Assembly: GCF_006345805.1 (NCBI RefSeq)
Contig: NW_021832002.1
Location: forward strand, 1-62,898
DNA length: 62,898 nucleotides
Direction of reading: 5' to 3'
Origin: Octopus sinensis
Taxonomy: Eukaryota
Below are positions 40,338-57,887 of the stretch, in pieces (the first letter of the stretch is position 1; each line of letters starts with the position of its first letter). The notes below the pieces were generated by a model. That model searched no databases, was not told the DNA's origin, and saw nothing but the letters and a program-made list of their open reading frames with translations. The translations under genes and the position numbers were made by a program.

Positions 40338-41329
40338 ATAGATACTTATTCATATATATTTATATATGCACAGACGCACATGAAGAAACACACATACATA
40401 TACATATATATGTATTTATATATATTTATATATAAGGCATCGGTTCAGTAGTAAGAAGTTTGCTTCCTGCGCATGCGTTGTTGTCAGTATTGTTCGTACC
40501 AGGAAAGAAGTAGCCACGCTGGTGTACAGCTGGTGAAATATTGATTAAAAGAGCTCAACTGTTAGGTAAGAAATTAGTTTTTTGGGTCCAGTGGGGGTTT
40601 ATTGTTTACTGTAATTATTTTAGTACAAGCAATAAGTCCTCACTGGGTTCTGAACTTTGCTCTGCCTGCAGTTGGGCAAAATGCTCCGCGTTAAGTGAAT
40701 AGTTTTTCTTACTTAATTGTGAGAATTGTTTTTTTGGAGGCGTATCTCGCATCCAAAAATTTATTCACTTTAATGGAATAGTTTTTTTTTCAAATAATTG
40801 TGAGAATTCTCTGAAGATAGAACGACTTCTTTACCAATTTTTGTGGAAGTTGTGTTCCAGTTGTGGCGTTCCGGGTTCGAAATGGATAATCAAATTGGCC
40901 TGGATTACCTAGTGACCAGAAGAATTTTTGCTTGCTGTGTTTTTGAACTGTAGACTATTTTCTTCTCTTATTCTATCTTTTTTTGTGACTTTCTTTTTCC
41001 TTGAACTGTTTTCTTTTTTCTTGAACTATTTTCTTTTTTTCTTCCTTCCTTTTTGTTGTGACTTTCTTTTGATTTCTTTTTTTTTGTTTTGAAATTTTTA
41101 TCTTGAACATGGCAAAGTAAAAGGACAATGTTTTCGAGTTGGAACTTGTCCCACCCAAACAGTGGCTGACAGTCTTTGAAGAGAGGACGGTGGTGTTGAG
41201 GACTTACTCCAAGTCGTCGCTTGTTGCCCCAGCATGGCCGCGGCCTTCGGGCTAAAACATTTTTAAGGATTTAAGGATTTAAGACCTGAAAAATCCTTTT
41301 TATTAGTTTCACGCTTATATAGACAGAGA

Positions 41330-42330
41330 TAGGAGTGTGATAGTTTTGGGTTTGGTGCGAGAGCAGATGATGAGGAAAATGAAAACACAAAAATTAAGTC
41401 ACGAAAAAAGCACATATAAATATGAAATCCACTTCTCATTAGAAATTAAAAGTACAGTAATATCGCACTTTAACAGGACCTGCTTTACGATACCCCAGGC
41501 TTACGAGTTGTACTTTTCAACCATAAGATCCCAGTCTTGAACAAAGTGCAAAAGTTTCTACTAAAATAACAAATGATTCTACGTGTTACCGAGAAATTTA
41601 TGGCGAGCGACAAAAAAAGCTTCTTCTAAGCAAACAAGTCTAGATATTTCGTTTTTGGATTTGGTTTGCAAGATTCTTTATATGAGTTTGTGTGTTGAAG
41701 CATATTCTGTTGTGTCTGGGGACAGTCATTTTCTTTTTGTGCCTTATTATTTAACACACTCACCGGTAAAATTTCCACTTATTTCTTATTTTTATTGTCC
41801 TAAATTTTTTATTGTCCTAAATTGTCAAAACTATTGAAAAGGTTGCAACACGCAACGAAAATTTTAGGACAATAAAAATAAGAAAATAAGTGGAAATTTT
41901 ACTGGTGAGTGTCTTAAATAATAAGGCACAAAAAGAAAATGACTCTCCCCAGACGCAACAAAGTCTAGATATGTTGTTTATAAAAGGAAATCTACAAGTA
42001 TATCTGCAAGTGCTTTTGAATTGGCGATCACGTCCACAAGTGATGTTGTGCGCGTGTCTAGTGCAAGTGAAAGTGAATCAGAAAACGTTTATAATTAGTA
42101 TTTTAATTGGAAATGATCTTGACATTCTTTTTTCATTACATAAACTATTCTTTACATTCTACTATTGTTGTAGTGACATTTATTTACGAGTATTATAAAT
42201 TTTATAGGTAAAATATTTTTACTGGGAACGAATTTCGCTTTATAAAATTTGTGTTATAAAAAAATTATTGATCTGCCGTACGAGCGATCTCTGGGAACAA
42301 ATTAAATCGTATATTGAGCAATCACCGAAT
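41330..42330 (+). pseudogene. pogo/Tigger-like transposon 3' remnant with an inserted palindrome
   Basis: DPSLEQSAKVSTKITNDSTCYREIYGERQKKASSKQTSLD resembles Tigger C-termini; the end segment gggaacaaattaaatcgtat resembles Tigger subterminal sequence. Confidence 0.5.
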
Positions 42331-42375
42331 AAGAAGGTACAGAACAGGGTTTTAACAGTTGAAGTAAAGGCAACG

Positions 42376-42975
42376 AGATGGCAGAAACGTTAGCATGCCG
42401 GGCGAAATGCTTAGCGGTATTTCGTCTGAGATCAAATTCTTTTCGGGATCGATTAAATAAGTACCAGTTACGCACTGGGGTCGATATAATCGACTTAATC
42501 CGTTTGTCTGTCCTTGTTTGTCATCTCTGTGTTTAGGTCCCTGTGGGTAGTAAAGAAATATGTATTGCGTCTGCCGCTACGTTCTGAGTTCAAATTCTGC
42601 AAAGATCGAATTGCCTTTGATCCTTTCGGAGTCGGTAAAATAAGTACCTATTTCTTTATTAACCACAGGGGGCTAAACATAGAAGGGACAAACAAGGACA
42701 GACATAGGTATTAAGTCGATTATATCGACCCCAGTGCGTAACTGGTACTTAATTTATCGATCCCGAAAGGATGAAAGGCAAAGTCAACCTCAGCGGAATT
42801 TGAACTCAGAACGCAACGACAGACGAAATACCGCAAAGCATTTCGCCCGGCGTGCTTAACGTTTCTGCCAGCTCGCCGCCTTTAAATAAGTAAAATAAGT
42901 ACCAGTTGCGTACTGGAGTCGATCTAATCGAATGGCCCCCCTCCCCCATAAAATTTCGGGCCTTGTGCCTTGTAG
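42376..42975 (+). mobile_element. SINE C dimer (+) with a second SINE C (-) inserted at 42649-42889
   Basis: TSD gtaaaataagtacc at 42635-42648 and 42890-42903. Confidence 0.85.
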
Positions 42976-43526
42976 AAAAGTTTAAGTGCAAGGAATGGAA
43001 AGCTAGATCTGTGTATATAAGCATTTGATTGTAGCTATGTCGAATGCTGAATGTGTTTGTAGCTCTTTTTCTGTGCGTGTTTATGTTTTTGAGAACTTGG
43101 GTTGCGATATTATGGCAGAACAGCAGTTTAATGCATATGCATATTTTGATTGCAGGCGTGTGCATGTGTGTTTGTGTCTATTTGGTTGTCTGTCAATGTG
43201 TGCGTGCGTGGTGTGTGTTGGGTGTAAGATTGTTTTAGAATATGAATGTGCCTTCGTCGGGTCAACCTGTGTATGCCCTTTGCTTGTATTTACGTACTCT
43301 TCATTATAGTCCGTATGTGTGAATGTGCTGTGTGTATGTACATATATATATATATATTTGTGTGTGTTGTGTGTGTGTGCATGTGTTCGTGTGTGTGTGT
43401 TTCTGTGTGTGTCTGTGTGTTTCTGTGTGTGTCTGTGTGTTTCTGTGTGTGTCTGTGTGTGTGACTGAGTGCTTGTACGTTAGCTTTTTTTAGTGCATAT
43501 CAATGTTGTGACTATACTTTCCGTGA

Positions 43527-43758
43527 AGGCGGCGAGCTGGCAGAAACGTTAGCAAGCCGGGCAAAATGCTTTGCGGTATTTCGTCTGTCGTTACGTTCTG
43601 AGTTCAAATTCCGCCGAGGTCGACTTTACCTTTCATCCTTTCGGGGTCGATAAATAAAGTACCAGTTTCGCACTGGGGTCGATGTAATCGGCTTAATCCG
43701 TTTGTCTGTGCTTGTTTGTCCCCTCTACGTTTAGCCCCTTGTGGGTAGTAAAGAAATA
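43527..43758 (+). mobile_element. SINE family C monomer with 14-bp TSD (reference copy)
   Basis: TSD tatactttccgtga at 43513-43526 and 43759-43772; B-box-like gagttcaaattcc. Confidence 0.93.
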
Positions 43759-44369
43759 TATACTTTCCGTGAGGGTGAGTGTGTGTCTTTTTCTATTGTG
43801 TATCTGGGTGTGCGTTCAATTTATGTATCTACAACTTGTGTTGTGTCTATGGACATAGACAAGGTTTATTCCCTGAATATATGAGTGCTTTGGTTTTAGT
43901 GAGTCTCGTTTAAGGTATGTGTGTGTTTTGTTTTTTAAATGACATGCATACTATGACAAAGTATATGCATTACTTTGCAGTGATTATGTGTGGGATTTTT
44001 AACATGTGTATTTAGATTATTGAATGTCAGTGTTCACTACGTAAGTATAGTGTGTGTGCATGTGTGAACGCCAATTGTGTTTGAAAAAATTATGGATATT
44101 GCTATATGTGTATATTTGTAGTGTTTTTCGTATGTGTCATGATGTGTGTTCCCTGTATGTGTACATTGTGCATTGGGAAGATATTAAGCGAAGGGGGGTT
44201 ATTTGTGTTCGCATTTATAAGTATATGTGTATGGGGGAGGGTTAAGGTGAATTGGGTGGAGTGTTAAAGGAAAATAGATCGAGAATTGAAACATAAAAAG
44301 AGAAAATTTGGAGGGAAAAAATGAATTCTTTTTCTTACAGTGATGAGAATATTATAATCCGATATGCGA

Positions 44370-45110
44370 AAGAAAACGAAATAAAGGGAAATGCCAAGTG
44401 AAGTGATCCGCTAAACGGAACTGGTGCGAGATGGGGTACTTGTTCTTGAAGTAGCTGTCTCGGAGGTATTCCCAGATGTAGGTCGTCAATTATCAGCCAG
44501 TCTGTCCAATATATTGTAATTGCGACTATTTTAGACTATAGATAAAATAATTACATTCGGAACTGAAGGAGTCATTTATGTAGAAGGACTAGTTTTTAGT
44601 TCTTGTAAAAGTAAGAGTTTTCATGATGATCGGATAAGTGTAACCGAAGGGGTCTGATATTTGAAAGATGGCTTGAATCCAGAAATTAGTGCCATGGTCT
44701 GCAACTCATATACGTCGTGGTTACGTTTAGTAGGAACGATGTTAGGGAAATTGCTGAACATATCAGCATTGAACTGGGAGAATCGGAAGGCGCTTAGGTT
44801 TACAACACAAGAAGAGCAAGACAGAGAGATCGTGGCTGGGCGAAAGGAAGGCAGTTGGCTGTCAGGTGGGTATGGCATATTATGATGGAGGTGCAGTCGA
44901 CTTTATACGTTTGAACACGTATGATCTCGCCCACACTTGAGACATTATGAACTCAACTTTATAGAGTAGTTTGAATTAGATTGTGGTGTGTCCATCTTGA
45001 ATGAATGAAGCTCCAGTTATGGTGGAGATAGAGGAATTAGGAATAAGGAATGTCGTATATAAGTTACAGGTGAGGTGGGAAAAGTGACGTCGAAGAAGGA
45101 GGTAGTAGGT
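44370..45110 (-). pseudogene. Very decayed PLE (RT C-terminus to GIY-YIG)
   Basis: Minus-strand pieces FFDVTF, NCLPFAQPRSL, PNVIIFIY and QYIGQTG..L...I.EYLRD occur in PLE order. Confidence 0.5.
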
Positions 45111-45294
45111 TCAGGAAAATGAATTTGGCGAGGGTATGGATTTGTTAGTAAATAGTGAAAAAAATTGAGAGGTTTTAGAGATGTAGGGTTTTATTTCAGA
45201 TTTGTTAAACTTTGTTTCTTGTGTTGTTCTCTGTAGTATCTATTGTCTTTTTACACACCACCGTGTATTTGTGTTTATGTGCTTGTATGTGCAT

Positions 45295-45327
<33 letters not shown>

Positions 45328-45676
45328 TGAAGAAAGAGCGGGAGAGAGAAGAAGGGTGAGAGGGAGAAACGGTGAGAGGCAGAGAAAGTATATGAGAGAG
45401 AGCTTTACTGAATGTGCGTAACATCCCAAGTTACATAAATGATTGTGATGAAGGTGGCGGTGGTAATGCTGGTGGTGGGGGTATGCTGGAGACAGTGGCT
45501 TTTGTAGTAGTGCCTGGGGTGAGGCTTATGATCCACTGTTCAAATAGCAGTTCTCTCGTTTATTGCGATGGTGATTGTGGTACCCACAAGCGGAGCTGGG
45601 AATGATGATGGGAGTGTAGGATGGTATTTCAGGTTTTAGAAATTGTGCTTGTGTTTCTGTCATAATGATGGTCATA

Positions 45677-45837
45677 GGCGCAGGAGTGGCTGTGTGGTAA
45701 GTAGCTTCTTTACCAACCACATGGTGTCGGGTTCAGTCCCACTGGCAATTTTGGCAAATGTCTTCTACTATAGTCTTGGGCCGGCCAAAGCATTGTGAGT
45801 GGATTTGGTAGACGGAAACGGAAAGAAGCTCGTCGTG

Positions 45838-45888
<51 letters not shown>

Positions 45889-46100
45889 TTGTGTGTGTGT
45901 TTGTGTGTCTGTGTTTGTCCACCCAACATCGCTTGACAACCGATGCTGGTGTGTTTACGTCCCCGTAAATTAGCGGTTCGGCAAAAGCGATCGATAGAAT
46001 AAGTACTAGGCTTCCAAAGAATAAGTCCTGGTGTCGATTTGCTCGACTAAAGGCTGTGCTCTAGCATGGCTGCAGTCAAATGACTGAATCAAGTAAAAGA
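45677..46100 (+). mobile_element. SINE family A
   Basis: Full head, internal (TA)n(TG)n and tail. Confidence 0.88.
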
Positions 46101-46781
46101 GATAGGATTTTCAGTACAGAATTTCGCTACTTGTTTGATGGTAATGATTATGGTTACCATGATGAAATTTCTGTTCTTGGAATGGTGGCGTCGCTTGAAG
46201 CATAGCGATGACGGCCGTGTCGTCTACGAAGGTGGCGATGGTGAAAGTGTTGATAATGATAGGTGACGGTTGCGGCGACGGTGGTGTCAGCGTCGAGTCG
46301 GCGGCCTCAAGGATGGTGACGGTTCTGATTCAAGAATCAGTCATATAACAGTAGATAAGGTGTTCCTGTTCCAACTATTTTAGAATCTGTTGGCTATTCT
46401 AGAGTCTATAGGTTACGACGATGAATGATTACATAGCATAAAAGATGCTGGTGATACAAGCAGAGGATGAAGAAGTAGCGGAGGGAGTTTTTGAGAAGGC
46501 GAAGATATTACAGAAAGAAGAGGTGGTGGGGTGGTGGTGGTGGTGGTGGTGGTTGTGGTTTAATCCTGAGGACGTGAAGGAATTAGAAATGCTGGAGATG
46601 CCGAATTATTTACACACAAGGGCTTGTTGAGACGCTTGACTGATTTAACATGAAATTGTTCGCAAAGGATTTACATCATCCCCGCTCCGTTACTGCAGAT
46701 TCTATATTTGTTTCCGTTCTGGAGGTTTTTGTGTGTACGCATGTAAGACTCGTTGAGTTTCATATAGTTCTAAGCATGCAT

Positions 46782-46815
<34 letters not shown>

Positions 46816-46816
46816 G

Positions 46817-46854
<38 letters not shown>

Positions 46855-46859
46855 ATGTA

Positions 46860-46894
<35 letters not shown>

Positions 46895-48469
46895 GTATGT
46901 ATATATGTATGTATGCATATGTGTGCGCGCGTGTATGTCTGTGTGGATGCGTGAATGCGTGGATATTAATGGAGAAACACCACGCACAGACAATATATGT
47001 ATATATACACATGCATTCACACTCACTCACTCACCACACATATAGACAGATAGAGAAAGAGTCAGAGAGAGAGGGAGGAGAGAGAAAGAGAGACAGAAGT
47101 TGAGAGAAAGAGGTGAAACCTATCAGTATAAACAGATATGAGTGTTATATATATATATTATATATATATATATATATGTAGTATATATATATATATATAT
47201 ATATATACATACATACATACATACAGCATACATATATGCATGTATGCATGCATACATGCATATATCTTCATGTATGCTTTTACACATATATTTGTATGTT
47301 TACAGGTATACATACATAGATACATACAAACAAACACACACACAGACACACGCATATTTATATATATATATATATATATGCACTCACACACCCATACGTG
47401 TGTGTACGTATCAGTGTGTTCTTCTTTATCTCCATCCATACTTCCATCTCATGCCAGAATTTTTTCTATATCACCTTCTCATCGCTCAGCTCTCTTCGTT
47501 TCGCGCAGCTATGTGTTCGGTAAGAATTCAGTCAGGGAGATTTCAGGAAGGTAGATTTCGCAAAAGACAATACATACTTTGCATGTGAAATGAAGCATTG
47601 AAATAAATTCCACAATAGCCTTTTCTTCTATTATTTCATATTGCATTTTATTTGTGTTGTTGAGGCTGAGATTTGATTTAATTTATTCTTCCTTTTCACG
47701 CTTTTAGTTTTGGTTTTATCTTTGCATTCTTTTTGTTGTTAAGGATTTTTTTTTTGCGTGTAGTAGTCGAAGTAGTCGAGGGATTTCTCTTGTTGCTGGA
47801 AATCTTGCTATTGTTTTGATTGTTGTTTTTGTTCTTGCCTTCTAGTACTGAAAATTCTGCAAGACTTTCTTTTCTGCTAATACCGAGTATCATTCTTGAA
47901 AAATGAATGTATGTGTGTGTGTGTGTGTGCCTCTTTTACTAGCCTTTCCTGGTCTCTATCTAACTCTCCATATAATATATATATATGTGTGTGTGTGTGT
48001 GTGCGTGAATGTGTGTATGTGTGTGTGTGTGTACGTATATATATATACGTATATATACATATATATTGTGTATATATATATATATATGATATTTGTTATC
48101 TTATATGCATTGAATTATATAATATATGTATGTATATATGTATGTATATATGTATGTATATTTGTTATCTTATATCTATTGAATAATATAATATATGTAT
48201 GTATGTTATTATGGTTGTCGTTTTGATAAATAAATAAGTCAACATTTTAATATCCTAAAGTTGATGAACCAACTAATGTGCTTCTCCATTTTCTTATTTG
48301 TAATATAAATTAATGGAAAATTATTTATTTACCTCCACCTATTTAATACAATAAGTTTATTGCATTGCAATTAAAAACACTTGTGTATTAATAATTAGGT
48401 ATTATACCAACAGTATATTGGATAAGTATTTCCCCTTAGTGGGTTGGATCCACAACCCCTAACTTACTG

Positions 48470-48537
<68 letters not shown>

Positions 48538-48752
48538 GTAAAATAATATGTGACAATTATTCGGTAGCCAAGATAAAATTCTCAGTTTCGGATGCCGAGG
48601 CGGAAATCTACAACTCCATCTCTTCGGCAACAGATTATTATATATTATATATTATATAATTGTCACATATTATTTTACAGATAAATTTCCTCTATTTGCA
48701 TAATATTGAGGTCTCTTTCTCCTTTTGTTATCTTACCGCTTTTACCAATATC

Positions 48753-48796
<44 letters not shown>

Positions 48797-48817
48797 ACGT
48801 ACATACACACACACACA

Positions 48818-48857
<40 letters not shown>

Positions 48858-48859
48858 CC

Positions 48860-49215
48860 CAATTGCGGGATATATACAACTGTTTACAGTGAAAAGCAAC
48901 TTCACATGTGCTTCGGAGAACCTAATATACACACTATCCTGCTCTGGGTGTCAAGAGCAGTACATAGGCCAAACAAAAAATAGTTTGCGTAAAAGAATGG
49001 CCATGCAGAGATCCCAGATAAGAATTCCCCAAAACAGAAAAATCGCTTTCAGCCAACACAAAGATACTTGCGCCAACAACAAAACACCAGGCTTCAGGAT
49101 TTTCCTCCTCTACCAATTTAGGAACGATACAACCTTGAGACAACGAATAAGTAAAGAAACTCTCTTTATTACAAAATACAGGCCACTTCTTAACGGGTCT
49201 ACGGCAAACGATTAA
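48860..49215 (+). pseudogene. PLE 3' fragment with an open GIY-YIG domain
   Basis: FTVKSNFTCASENLIYTLSCSGCQEQYIGQTKNSLRKRM..FSQHKDTC..KETLFITKYRPLLNG; 5' end truncated into (TA)n. Confidence 0.9.
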
Positions 49216-49888
49216 TACACCCCAACTTTAGAATAACAGAAATACACACGCAAATATTACATTCCAAAGAATCCACTACAAATCAGCCCCAATCACAGCT
49301 ATAATCCATAACGTGCCAACTTCAAGTCATACAACACCTCACTACTTCCACTCATTCATGTTCTCCCTTCTCTTTTTTTTCTTCTTCTTCCTCTTCTTCA
49401 TCATCATCATTATCATCATTGTCGTCATCATCATCACCATCATCATCATCTTCTCCTTCTCCTCCTTCTTCTTCTTCTTCTTCTTCTTCATTCTCATCAT
49501 CATCAACATCGTCATCTTCTTCTTCTTCTTCCTCTTCTTCTTCTTCTGCTCCACCTTCTACTTCTTAACTTCTTAATGCATTTTAGTATAATTCCTACGC
49601 AAATTCCATAAACAAACCTTTCAATAGAAATATTCTCCTGCTAGCCGTCATTGACCATTCAAAATAAGACAATGAAGGCACTCCCAAATTTTTCCACCCC
49701 TTCTCCTCATCAACCTTCTTCTTCTACCCTAAGAAGAATTCACAACGATCTGGAACACACAAGTGCAAACAAGAGATACAGAGAAAGGCAGAAACAAGAA
49801 AAATGCCACTTATATTTGAACACTATACAAATATTCCTTTAAAAAAACTTTTCTTTTAATCTTTCTAAATTTAATTATTTAATCGTTA

Positions 49889-49926
49889 CAGTTGAAAAGG
49901 TCTCAAAATGACCGAAACCGGTACTG
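49889..49926 (+). ncRNA. Minimal hammerhead motif with U3-A8 core in the PLE 3' region
   Basis: (GUUA)CAG UUGAAAA GGUC-UCAAAAU-GACC GAAA CCGG UA CUG(AAAU); palindromic ACCGGU helix III. Confidence 0.65.
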
Positions 49927-50126
49927 AAATGTTCTTTATAAAATTATTTTAGCATTTTCTATCTTGACTTGTTTTTTCATATATATATATATATATATAT
50001 GTAGGTTGTGAGAAGTAATGGTGTCAGTGAGAACCAAACGTGTCAAGTAATGCTGAATAAATGCTATGGATAAACATAGTTAAGTTCCAGGTTCGGTGAT
50101 TATGCGAATAAGGGGTCCAACTTAGG

Positions 50127-50300
50127 TCATATATCAACGTATATATCCACTCCAATCACTAGAAATCAACCCACATATCCAACCTCTCTTCCACTGAAGA
50201 AATTTTCAATAAGCACGCATCATATAATAATCAAGCACTCGCCGCTAGCGGCTTTTCCCAACAAATAGAATACATCTATAACACCAGGCTCAAGCAATAC
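50127..50300 (+). pseudogene. PLE RT C-terminal remnant
   Basis: YINVYIHSNH*KSTHISNLSSTEEIFNKHASYNNQALAASGF resembles the SNHP..LSS.EEIF....Y..AL..SG motif. Confidence 0.55.
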
Positions 50301-51129
50301 ATATCTCAAATCACATCTCAAACATGCACCAACCATGCAGTAAAGTTTTCTCCCCGATGATCCGTTGTATTTAATCACCCTACTTCATTTGGAATATTTA
50401 TTGCTATATTCCCAACATGCGTAGGGAACCAATGATTCTTGTATAATATCAAAACTTTCACTTAGTCACGCTTGGAAATTCAGCAGGAAGTGTAATGGCG
50501 GTTGCTTCTTATAAGACCTTATGGAAGAGGTGAGTCTAGTGAGAATATTAGGCTGAGAAAATGGTTAGAATGGATGAATGTGGAGTACATGTCTCAAATA
50601 AATGGGGCTGCACTCAGCAATGTAACCTATGAAAAATGGAGACGGCACAAATCCTTCGTACTTATAGAAATTTAGGACTTATTGGGGTTCCTTAATTAAC
50701 TCTGGCGCAATCATAATGACGGTTGCTTCTGATAGGGCCCTATGAAGGAGGTACTTGGGAATTTTTCTCCCAGGATCTCCTAGGAATATTAAGCAGAGAA
50801 TATGGATAGAATGAATGAATATGGAGAACATGACTGAAGTAAAAGGGCAATGTAACCCGTGAAAAATGGAGATGGTATTATTCCTTCGTAATTATAGTAA
50901 TTTAGGATTGGATGAGGTTCCATAATTAATGCTGTCGCGATCGATGTACAGGGTCACTATATAATTATTTATACTATGAATACTTTATTTTCCTTTTCAC
51001 AATCATCTGAGCTCAATGAACTCTTACATTTTGTAACCTGTCCATGTATAGTCTCATCGTCCGTCGCCTCTGTTTCAAATAATAACAAGCTATTATTATT
51101 ACCACATTTAACATACTCAGCTTTTTATA

Positions 51130-51420
51130 CTGCAGGTGACATTAATATACCAGGTTTTCACATCCTGTGAACTAAGGTAATACTTCTTTTCCAAGTTTCG
51201 AAAACTTTTTTGGAGACTCCTTGCAATTGCCATGTAATGCTGTTTTCTGGATATGTTCCGTTTTCATTTTTATTTCTTTGTAATCCAACCAATTTTATTA
51301 ATTTCTTTTCTCACTGCACCTTGGGCATCAACAATTATCGGTACAATATACAGTCTTTTCATTGACCACAGTTGATTTGATTTCTTTCCACAGTGCTACA
51401 TATGGCGTCAGTTTTCTCGT
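51130..51420 (-). pseudogene. R4/Dong-like LINE 3' fragment, decayed
   Basis: LWSMKRLYIVPIIVDAQGAV resembles the RLE C-terminal W..K....PI..GALG motif; abuts (TAT)n at 51420-51630. Confidence 0.5.
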
Positions 51421-51424
51421 ACTA

Positions 51425-51461
<37 letters not shown>

Positions 51462-51465
51462 TTTA

Positions 51466-51534
<69 letters not shown>

Positions 51535-51596
51535 CATTGTTGTTGTTGTTGTTACTATTATTATTATTATCATTATTATTATTATTATTATCATTA

Positions 51597-51630
<34 letters not shown>

Positions 51631-52365
51631 ATTTGTGTTTTGCCCTGGGCGATCGTGTACAGCTCTCTATGTGTTTTTAGATTTGTCACGATTATACTTA
51701 ATGGGAAATTAAGTACAAATTTGCCAATAAGAAGACTTTTGAACATTTGTGTCCACACCGTTTAGCTTGAGGTGAAAAAAAATATGGATAATCCTTGGAC
51801 ATTTCTATATTTTCATATTCTGTAAACAATGTTTTACGAGAAATATTACTACAATTTATGGGGTAGTCGTGAGAGGTATTTGCTACCGTAATGGTAGCAC
51901 ACACGTAAATAGACATATCTCTTAGAAATAAACCTGTGAATTTTTATTTTGAAGCAGATCTTAGAACAGAAAAAGCAGGGAAAAACTATGGCTTAATCAC
52001 ACTAAACATAACGGCAAACATTATAACTGGAAAGTATTTTATTGTTATTAAAGACAACAATAATATTAGGTTCTGTAGTACGGGCTAGTCATAGAGAATA
52101 TCTGAACAACTTTGTCTGATGATCGGCACACGTAAGGGCAGACACAAAGAGGCAACACACCTCACTATTGCTCCCAAAATGGACGAACAATTTCACATGG
52201 CAGCCATTGAAAACTTGCAGGATACCCTGGCTCTTCTATCAAAGTACGTGGTTGCTTTCTTGCGCAACAGAATACATATGGCAGTGTTTAGTCTACAACG
52301 GAAGACCGAATAAGGTGTCAGGCAGCAATACCAGAAGCAGCGACAGATACAGCAAAAGCTAGCTA

Positions 52366-52931
52366 TTGGGTTGTCTGGAAAGTTCGTGCCGATTTTTAAA
52401 GGAAAGAAAAAGGTCAATAAATACTTGCCATTACATTTTTAATCAACCAAATATGAACCATTTCGTTGCACAATGCGTTTCCATCTTTCCTTTAACTTGA
52501 AAATACCCTCTTCCCAGAATTGAGGTGGTTTCATGGCAAAGAATTCATCAAGCTATCTTTTTTCGTCATCCAAGGAATTGAAATTTTTACCATTAAGACT
52601 ATTCTGCAGAGACCTGAATAAGTGGAAATCCGAAGGAGCAATATCTGGTGAATATGGAGGGTGAGGTAACACATCCCAGCCGAGCTGCAGCAATTTTTGT
52701 CTGGTTCCCAAAGCATCAAGTGCCGAAAAGGAACTTTCTTATCTTCCATTTTAAAGGGTCACAGAATTAACACAGGTTATAGGAACATAAACCTTCTTCC
52801 ACGAAAAGCTAGCTTAAACTGTGCTCTAAATGGAGGTGTAGTTAATTTCTATTTTATGGACTCAACCATGTTCTAAAATAAGTCGAAAGGTAAGCTACTA
52901 TAAATCGGCACGAACTTTCCGGATAACCCAA
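52366..52931 (-). mobile_element. Internally deleted mariner element (566 bp)
   Basis: TIRs of about 30 bp (ttgggttgtctggaaagttcgtgccgattt / aaatcggcacgaactttccggataacccaa), TA TSDs, N-terminus MEDKKVPFRHLML fused to C-terminus LGWDVLPHPPYSPDIAPSDFHLFRSLQNSL..RW. Confidence 0.93.
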
Positions 52932-52959
52932 TACATGAAAACAATAACAACACCAGCAA

Positions 52960-53100
52960 CAACTGAAACACGCTGCGTGGACTGGAACAACGTGAAATAA
53001 AGTGTCTTACTCAAGGACACAACGCGACGCTGGGTAACGAAATCAGGGCCTTACGATCGTGAACCCAATACCCCTAATAACTAAAATATGTGCCTTCACA
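52960..53100 (-). mobile_element. tRNA-SINE head remnant (B-like)
   Basis: caacgtgaaataaagtgtcttactcaaggacacaac matches 31645-31685. Confidence 0.6.
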
Positions 53101-53634
53101 ACTGCAAATATGAAAAGAGTAAAATAAGTGGCAAGGAAGTACACAAAAAAGAAAAAAAGAGGAAAACAAAGGAAACAGATGAAGGGCAACAATTTCTTGT
53201 AATATAATAAATCTCAGCTCAAGAAAATAACGCAGAACAAAGACGAACTAAAATTTACAGTACTTTGCAAACTAAACGGAATTGACATAATTGCACGCCT
53301 CTGATAGCACACAGACGTTAGTTGCAAGGACACATAAAAAAATAGCTTCAGAATATAAGGTATATGTGAATGACAGCGTACGTGTAAAAGCACATGTATA
53401 AGCACTTTTAAGACAGAGGTGTATTTCAGCACCAAATGTCTCAAAAATACTTACTGGTGCAATAGATTGCACTCGAACACCGATTCAGAATTGGTTAAAT
53501 GAACGGAGTGTCGTGCGGTGCCCGACTTAACTATTAAATTTTACTTTTACAATATCTATAATTATAACGTACTTTTTGGAAATTATTCCCGTTTTAATAT
53601 GTAGGAATATATGTGTGTATGTATGTATGCATAT

Positions 53635-57885
<4,251 letters not shown>

Positions 57886-57887
57886 TT

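Noticed and set aside
40480-40930. Possible very old PLE fragment on the minus strand (TKIGKE, NCRQ..CL)
   Set aside because: Only scattered short motif matches across frames; not supportable without a profile search.
48560-48640. Minus-strand CCGAAGA GAUG..CAUCC GAAAC between 24-bp inverted repeats (48536-48559 and 48657-48680)
   Set aside because: Helix III has an extra base before UH and stem I does not pair; probably a decayed PLE end.
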